Positions 56,591 to 64,000 of a stretch of DNA of 64,000 bases are shown here, piece after piece. This DNA is from the human T2T-CHM13v2.0 reference genome, Homo sapiens, in NCBI RefSeq assembly GCF_009914755.1, contig NC_060937.1; one strand, 5' to 3'. A program made the position numbers and the translations under genes. The notes under the pieces were generated by a model. It made no database searches. It was given only the letters and a program-made list of their open reading frames with translations, and had not been told where the DNA came from. Within the stretch, counting starts at the first letter, position 1, and each line of letters begins with the position of its first letter.

Positions 56591-58779
56591 CAATTTGAAA
56601 TGAGCTTTTGCATTTTGCATTAAACTATATTAAAATTTTAAACATATTAGACATTTTTCTCATTTATACTTTTATATTCATGTACATATGAAAAAGAACA
56701 TTTTTCCCTTAAAACTCATCAGAAAAAGAAAAAAAAACTTATCAGGGCTATTTACGTATTTTTTATTTGGGAAAACAACCTTGGCTCATAAATCTATTTA
56801 CATATGTAGTTTGGCTCTTATATTTGAAATCACGTATTTATTTTATTGTTTCTTATCAGTACCTTCTAGAAAATCAGAAAACCCAGCAGGGCAGTAATCA
56901 TGTGAGTTTACTAGCCAGTGACTAACTATGGCATGCTAGCCTAGAGACACTTGCCTAGGAGGCCACAATCCATATTGTTAATCAACATAAGAATGGGTGG
57001 GGGGTGGAATCTGTTGCTATTACTTCCCAGTTTTCCTGAACTTTACAGCTACAATTGCTTCTCTACATCTTATCTATTCTCATCTTTTCATGCTGACTAA
57101 TGCCAGATGCTTCTTTACAATACTTGGGCAACATTAGTTTCACTGTTGTTGCCGTCAGTTGTTTTGTTTTTGTTGTTGTTGTTTTGCCTTTTGTTATTGT
57201 TTTTAATGTGTCACTAGAAGATCCTCAGAACAGGTAGCATATTAAAAATAGAAAGCCTATTTTAGAGAATGTTAATAGCAGGAATATAATATTCAAAGCA
57301 TGTTGGCTAATTTCTTGGCCAACATATCCAATTTAATTTTAATCTTATTGGCAATGACATCAAATACACACCTCCAGATTGTTAAAATAGCTTGCGTGAT
57401 ACAACACTGAGGTACATCTTTAATATCTATTTTCTTTATTCTTTACACAATTATATATTATGTATATATAAATTTTATAGATGGATAGATATTTAAGTGT
57501 ATAATTCTATCAATTTAAACATTGTGCTGAAGTGTTAACATAAATCTAGGTCCTGCAGATTTAACTCATGATTTTCCAAAACATGTATTTTTGGCTTTAA
57601 AAACAATATTAGGTATATTTCACAAGAGACCATGTACTTGCCTCAATTTTTAAGTTATAGAAGTGAACTGTAGAAAAGAAGTGTGAAACAAGTCATATTT
57701 CTACTTCCTACTTATAGCTAAGACAGCACTCTAGGGTTGGTGGAATGGTGAGAGAGAAATTGCTAATGCCTCCATGTTGAAAATGCAATGTATTACATTA
57801 AAGTAACCAAAGCTAGTTATGATATGTTGGTATGCCTGACCCATAAACCCCATTCATATTTTTACTGGCTTAATCTCCTCTGAAAAGCCCATTTAATCAA
57901 TAGTATTGATAATAGAATTAATCGTCATAGAATCCTAACTCTGTTTTTATATGGGAAATGAATTGTGATTTCTAAATAAGAACTTACTGAATGCATTCTT
58001 GAAATAAGTCTATTTATATGTTGGAGTTTCAAAATGAAACTCCTGACCCACAGGAAATGGCAATGTAACTAAATACAGAAGACATATCAAACAGTAACTA
58101 ATTATAAAAGCAGAATGTGACAAATGCCAAACTAGTGATCTGCCTAGTGAGTGTTTCTGAGGCTCCAAAGAGTAAAATTACTGAAGTGAGAACAGGCTTC
58201 ATAGAAGTACTGAGTTTGAGGGCTTTTTAATAATGAGTAACAAGACTGGGGGAAAAAGACACTCTACAACAGTACAAAGGTGTAGGTATCCAAATCTATA
58301 AGCCTCTCTTAAAGCTAACTCAGAATAATATCATATTCAAGGTTTATTGAAAAAAAAAACAGAGAAGTTAAGAGTATTATTGATTGACAGGTCATTATCC
58401 TCTGCTCTTTCTCTTGCTTTCTTTGACAGATGTGAGGCACACAATTTAAAGCTGGCTATAATCCTTTTCTCACGATGATATAGGGAGAAGAAGTCAGAAA
58501 GGTCTTTATGCAAGGCACAGAAAGAAGATCGGAAACTTTCTATTTTCTCCCAAGTCAGAACTGCACCATGGATAGTATTATAAAGCAATCACATAACTAC
58601 AACTTAAGCAAACCAAGCAGATTACTGGGAAACATCCATGTTGAATAAATGGAATATCAAGGTTAAGGTAGAAATACAACTTTCGACTGTAGCTTGTGAC
58701 AACTTTCTATTAAATTTAGTAAACCATAGCTATAGAAATTAAAAATAATATGATGGAAAAACACATCTATGAAATATAA

Positions 58780-59765
58780 TATCATGAACTTTGGTGTTAT
58801 GTGTAATCACAGTCCTCTCCTTGACTGCTGGACTTCACATTACTTCTTCCTTTCTCTCTCTTTCTGTCATCAGATCACCTTTTATTTTTACTTGGATTTT
58901 CTATCTTATTCTCTGATCCAAGTTTTATTCCCGTGCTTATGACTCTCAACCTCAGCTTTTTTATCTTCTTTGATCCTGAATAGGAGTATTCTGTTTTCTA
59001 TCATCCTTCTCCCTTATTCATCTCTACTTCTGCTTCAGCTTTTTTCCTCTATCTTGTGATCTTTTGGGGTTTTGGGAGCTGGTTCGTCTTCACTCACAAG
59101 TTTGGATTGTGTACCTACTTTGTCAATGTCTTCTTTCTCTATCTTGAACCCTTTCTTTTTATCTTTCTTCCCTTCCTCCAACTCTTTTTTCTCTTTCAAC
59201 TTGTTCCTTCTTTTTACAATTCTTCTTATGATCAGTCTTTTCGACTGTTTTTCTTAACTTTTGTTTCTTCACCAGTAGCTTTAATTCTACATAACTCATG
59301 TGTTGTTCTCTCAGCAAATAGTCATCTACCTGGGACCGGCCATCTCCTACTCTCTAAAAGAGTCCATCCACATCACAAATTTTCATTTATTTCTCTTGGG
59401 CAGCAAAATTTTCAATTGTGAAGTTTGTGGATCTAAAATTCACTCTCTCAACAGTCCAACTAATTTAATCATTCCCTGGCCTTCTTCTACCTTTCCTTCA
59501 AATCCTAATTCATCAATCTGCTGCAGGAGTACATCAATTTTACATGTTAGAACCTTTTTCATTTTTATTTATTTTGTCTTTTGGACCACCAGTTCCAGGA
59601 GACTGCTGGATTTGAAATAATGGCTGAGTTTAATTCTACATTCTACTTCTACAAGTAAGCTCTGTAGGTGCCGCCTAAACTACCTTAGAGCTAACTTTCA
59701 TAAAAATTAAAACTCTTCAGTTTTCATAGACTTTCATTCTGAAATTTTTCACATGGATGTGTAGA
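58780..59765 (-). pseudogene. LUC7L3: Processed pseudogene (retrocopy) of LUC7L3/CROP; the symbol names the parent gene
   Basis: Manual minus-strand translation gives PCEKFQNESL*K, FMKV, LQSLLVEVECRI, LFQIQQSPGTGGP, VLTCKIDVLLQQIDELGFEGKVEEGQGMIKLV, MKICDVDGLF*RVGDGRSQVDDYLLREQHMSY, then a purine-rich RE/RS-type tract and SDDRK..SNVKSSS. These are colinear with recalled LUC7L3 (VLTDKIDVLLQQIEELGSEGKVEEAQGMMKLV; MEVCEVCGAFLIVGDAQSRVDDHLMGKQHMGY). No introns; stops and frameshifts present. Confidence 0.92.
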
Positions 59766-59849
59766 TAAATTTTTTGCAACTGTTCCCTTCCTCTAGAGAA
59801 GAATCCTCTTATCTTCTGCCTGGCAGCAGGGTGTAGTGGGGAACATCTA

Positions 59850-60135
59850 CCCATATATTTCTGGTGTCTCTAAATCCAGCTTCCAGGTGACAGCCAATAA
59901 GAAGCCAGACCTTCAGTCATACAGCCACCAAGGAAATGAATTTTGTCAATAATCTGAGTGAGACTAGAAGTAGTTTCCACCAGATGAGAAATAAACCAGC
60001 TGGCACCTTGATTTCAGCCTATGCAATTGAGCAGAGGACACAACTCCTTGCTCATGGAAACAGAAATAATGTGTTTGTTGATTTAAGCCACAAATTTTAT
60101 AGTAACTGGGTATGTAGCAATAAAAAATGAATACA
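59850..60135 (+). mobile_element. MLT1 MaLR LTR 3' part
   Basis: gacagccaataagaa...aaggaaatgaattttgtcaataatctgagtgag...caccttgatttcagcct...gcaataaaaaatgaataca. Confidence 0.8.
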
Positions 60136-62056
60136 ACTTTCTAAACTATTGTACCACCCAAAACTACTATTTTTATTGTCAGCTATCACTCATCTCTTCT
60201 ACGCTGAATTCTACCTATATGACTTTGTTCATGTTGCTTACTCCATTTAGAACGTTTGATTCACTACTCTATGTGTTTCCAAAGCCTTACTCTCTCTTTA
60301 AAATAATATATTAAACTCTGTCGTCTTTGCTTAGGTATAGCAATAAAGTTAAAAGCATGTATTTCACAACAAAAGTAATATTTTTGCTTATACTTTATAG
60401 CACACAGCTTTTATATTATTAGATACAAAATTTAATTAATGAAAAATAGCACTTGATATTATAATGATTCGTAGAATGTAAAGCATTCAATGGATTATAT
60501 ATACATATAAAACTTTACATTCATACCTGTAATTAGTTTTATGAGCTAAGTTATTACTTTCTTAATTTGATCATGATGTTATACTAAAAACAAAGAGAAA
60601 TTGCTCATGTTTTACAGTATAGGAGTGTGATTGTGAAACATGGTTGCAACTGTCTACATGTGGTTGTTTTCATTTATATTTAGAATATTTAAAATTAAAC
60701 AAATAGAGGAGTAGCCACGCTTTCAGTGCTTGATGATCACTCACAGCTAGAATCTACAGTATTGAACAGCGCAGCCATGAAATAATTGCATCATCACAGG
60801 ATAATTTTTAATGTAGAATAATACTTATGAAACTTTATATCCAAAATGTATAAATAAATTTTAAACAAAATTTAATTTTAAATAATAAATTATGATTTTA
60901 TTTTTAAAGACATTGAATAACATTAATGACTTCCACTTTTATTTCAGCATTTATAATTATTTAACCTTAAAACATGAAAATAAGCTATATGATGCGCTAT
61001 TATGTAATTATGTGATTGTCTAGAATTGAATATCTTAGAAGAGGTGAAAATACGATTTGAGGACAAGGGAAGAGAGAAAAGGGGAAGGCAATAAAGGCAA
61101 GATGAAGTGAGGGAAATAGGAAAATCAAGAACCCATCATCATAGTGGAGTGGACTTTGTCTTTCTCCAAGATGCCCATCTGCAAGTTTTCGTACCTCCTC
61201 TGATACATACCTTCAAAGACCAAACCAGATGGGGCATCTCTGAAGTACTTTTAGGTAACCAAAGACTCTTAGTTAGAGATAGAGAAAATAAATAGTAGTA
61301 ATAAAATAGTAATAAAAGAGTAATACATTTTTAATAGTAATAGTAGTAACAAAATCTATGTAATTCCTAAGCACTTTAAAGAAAAAATATCATATTCTAT
61401 TTTTCCATTATCTTTCTCTTGATGTCTTGAAATATCTTCCTAATCATAAGAAAAATATATTTATAGAAATATTTTGACACATAAATTGTGTATAAGGGGG
61501 GATATTACTTAATTTGGCAAATAATTTTTTTCTCTAAATTTGTTTGTATTTGACATTTGTTTTGACAAAGTATTTTATGACTTTGTTTTCTCATGGTATT
61601 TTGAACCAACTACATCATATGTAAAGACCTGTGCCACAGATGGATAGCTCATCTCCAGGAGATTGAGAAATGGAGTATGAACCTTAGTTTTAAATCCATT
61701 TGGCAATTAGAACTGCAGTTTTACTGTGAACTGTCTTATTATACACTTTATCAAGATCATATGCATATAAAGTTAATTAACTTGTTTGAATAATTAACCA
61801 AGTAAGAATTTCATGATGATATCATTTTAGGATAATATATATTTATGAAATTATATATTTACTAAGAGTAGTATACGGTAAAGGGCTATGTTTAATTTAA
61901 CCAATCATGAAAACTAAGATTGCTTTAACTTACCAGTAGTTCTTTTTAACACAAGAAAGTTAGATTCTTCAAACAAGATATTATGTGAAAAGTACCCTCT
62001 TATCAGAGGTGAAGAGTTAGTCTTAAAGCATCCAGAAACATCTAAACTTTATGTAA

Positions 62057-62232
62057 GCCAGATGTGGCAGCATGCACCTGTAGTCGCAGCTACTCGGCTG
62101 AGGTGGGCGGATAACTTGAGCTCAGGAGTTCGAGGCTGCAGTGAGCTAGGATCACACCACTGCACTCCAGCTGCATGACAGAGTGAGAACCCAACTCTCA
62201 GAAACAAGATAAAAATTAAAATTAAAAAATAA
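62057..62232 (+). mobile_element. FRAM/AluJ right-arm monomer
   Basis: gccagatgtggcagcatgcacctgtagtc...ttgagctcaggagttcgaggctgcagtgagcta and an A-rich tail. Confidence 0.85.
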
Positions 62233-63402
62233 AATTCACATGAAACAAATACAATGCAATCATCTTTATATATATATATATATGAATATATTGGCTCAAT
62301 CATTGATGACTGGATTGAATTTTGAAAAGGAAAGCTGCTTGGGAAAAAGCAAAAAGTGTGTCTCATAAAATTATGTAGTCTCACGTAGACTAAAATAAAA
62401 AATTCCTATTCTTTCAAGTTGGTAAGCTTTTGGGTAGATTATACTTAGAAGAGCACAGAATTAATCTGTAAACCACCACATTGCATACCTCCAAGTAAAG
62501 CAAGAGGAGCCATTTTACTTTGGATGGGCTTTGATTTACTTAGGAGAAGATTACGGAACTTCAATGCTTTTGTGGCAATTTCAATGTGGCTTCCTTAGCC
62601 GGCCAAGTGTTTCTAAGACATTCTATTGATACCCATCACATCTTCCACTGCCACTCCATTGCAATTCCATCACTATCAGCCTTTTTCTAACTACCTGTGT
62701 TTCCTCTCATCCTCTCCAGATAGGATAAGAATCATCCCTGTCTTTCAACTTGCCTAAAACCTAAGCTAGTGAAGGAAATTAATGACAAGAGAAGTGAGAA
62801 AGTAGCCAGTAGAATAAATACCAATGGCTATCTTCTATACCCAGTCCCCATTGCTACCAAAAAGTAGTTTCTTCCTTATGTCTGAGCCTGGGTATCTCTC
62901 TTTTTACAGCTACTGTTGTAGCTCCTCCAACGTAGAATTGATTTATACAGTCTGAAGAGTGATTGAAAGCACAATTTCTGCTCCAAATACTGGGTATTGC
63001 TTCAGTCATTGATCTACCCAGCATAATGAATGGTATCGGTTATAGATCTAAGTGAAATTTGGGAAAGGCATGGGATTTTGAGACCCTCTATAAAAGAGGC
63101 TTTTGCACCACTTCCAGAATAAAATGTTTTACAGTGATTGGCAGAGTTTTCAAGAGGAAATATAATGATATGCAAGAAAGAGAGAGATTGTTCTATTTAG
63201 ATCCTTAGGACTATCAGGAATTGACTACATAATTGTGGAACCTATTGGAAAATAAAATTACATGGAATCTTATTTAATGTCATTAAGAGTTTCAAAAATG
63301 ACACACTAGAGGATTAAACTAAGTCTGGGATTCATCTATGTCCCTGGCAGTGAGACTGGGCCAATTGCTTGCCCATGAAGTCAGTCTGGCAAGAATATTT
63401 AA

Positions 63403-64000
63403 GTTTTTAATTTTAAATTGTTATGGATACATGACAGTTGTACATATTTATGAGGTACATATGATACTTTAATACAAGCATATAATATGTAATGATCAAA
63501 TCAGGGTAATTGAGATATTCATTACATTAAGCATTTATCATTTATTTGTGTTAGAAACATTCCAATTCCACTCTTTTAGTTATTTTGAGAGGACAATAAA
63601 TTATTGTTAACTATAGTCATCCCATTGTGCTATTTAACACAGCATCTTATTCCTTCTATCTAACTGTATTTTTGTATTGAATAACTGTCCCTTCTCCCTC
63701 CACCCCCCCCACCACACTCGCTAATACTCTTTCCAGATGCTGGTAACCATCATTATACACTCTATCTCCATGAGTTCATTTTTTTTTAGTTCCCAGATAT
63801 GAGTGAGAACAAACAATATTTGTCTTTCTGTGTCTGGCTTATTTCACCTAACATAAGGCCATCCAGTTCCACCCATGTTGTTGCAATTAACATGATTTCA
63901 TTCGTTTTTATAACCAAATAATGCTTTATTGCATATATGTACCATATTTTTTATCCATTTGTCCAGTGATCAACACTTAGGGTGATTCCATATTTTAGCT
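63403..64000 (-). mobile_element. L1MA 3' end running off the window
   Basis: ttgtacatatttatgaggtacat...taatgatcaaatcagggtaattg...atgagtgagaac...ttgtctttctgtgtctggcttatttcac. Confidence 0.9.

Noticed and set aside
59056-59620. Plus-strand F/L/S-rich ORFs resembling membrane proteins
   Set aside because: They are the antisense shadow of the purine-rich LUC7L3 retrocopy.

Overview
AT-rich, repeat-dense human genomic DNA, either intergenic or deep intronic. A near-consensus AluYb8, a human-specific subfamily, supports the species call. I can support no intact protein-coding gene, RNA gene or CpG island. The supplied ORFs I could trace are Alu, L1 or microsatellite read-throughs, and none of the rest gave a recognisable protein. 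The window holds about 21 Alu elements or monomers, two long decayed L1s (L1MA-type ~22.5-29.0 kb, L1MC-type ~36.7-45.6 kb), many shorter L1/L2/MIR/CR1 fragments, Tigger3b, MER1, MER5, MER94 and MER103 DNA transposons, and MST/MLT1/ERV1 LTRs. Main observations: (1) a decayed, intronless LUC7L3 retrocopy on the minus strand at ~58.78-59.77 kb that the ORF track misses; (2) two probable L1 3' transductions, one of ~1.76 kb at 41.4-43.2 kb and one of ~120 bp at 55.96-56.08 kb bounded by a perfect 15-bp TSD; (3) a twin-priming L1 inversion; (4) a probable gene-converted AluY. These are locus-level instances of known mechanisms, and I found no evidence of a new biological system. Subfamily names come from recalled consensus sequences, and boundaries of old elements are approximate.
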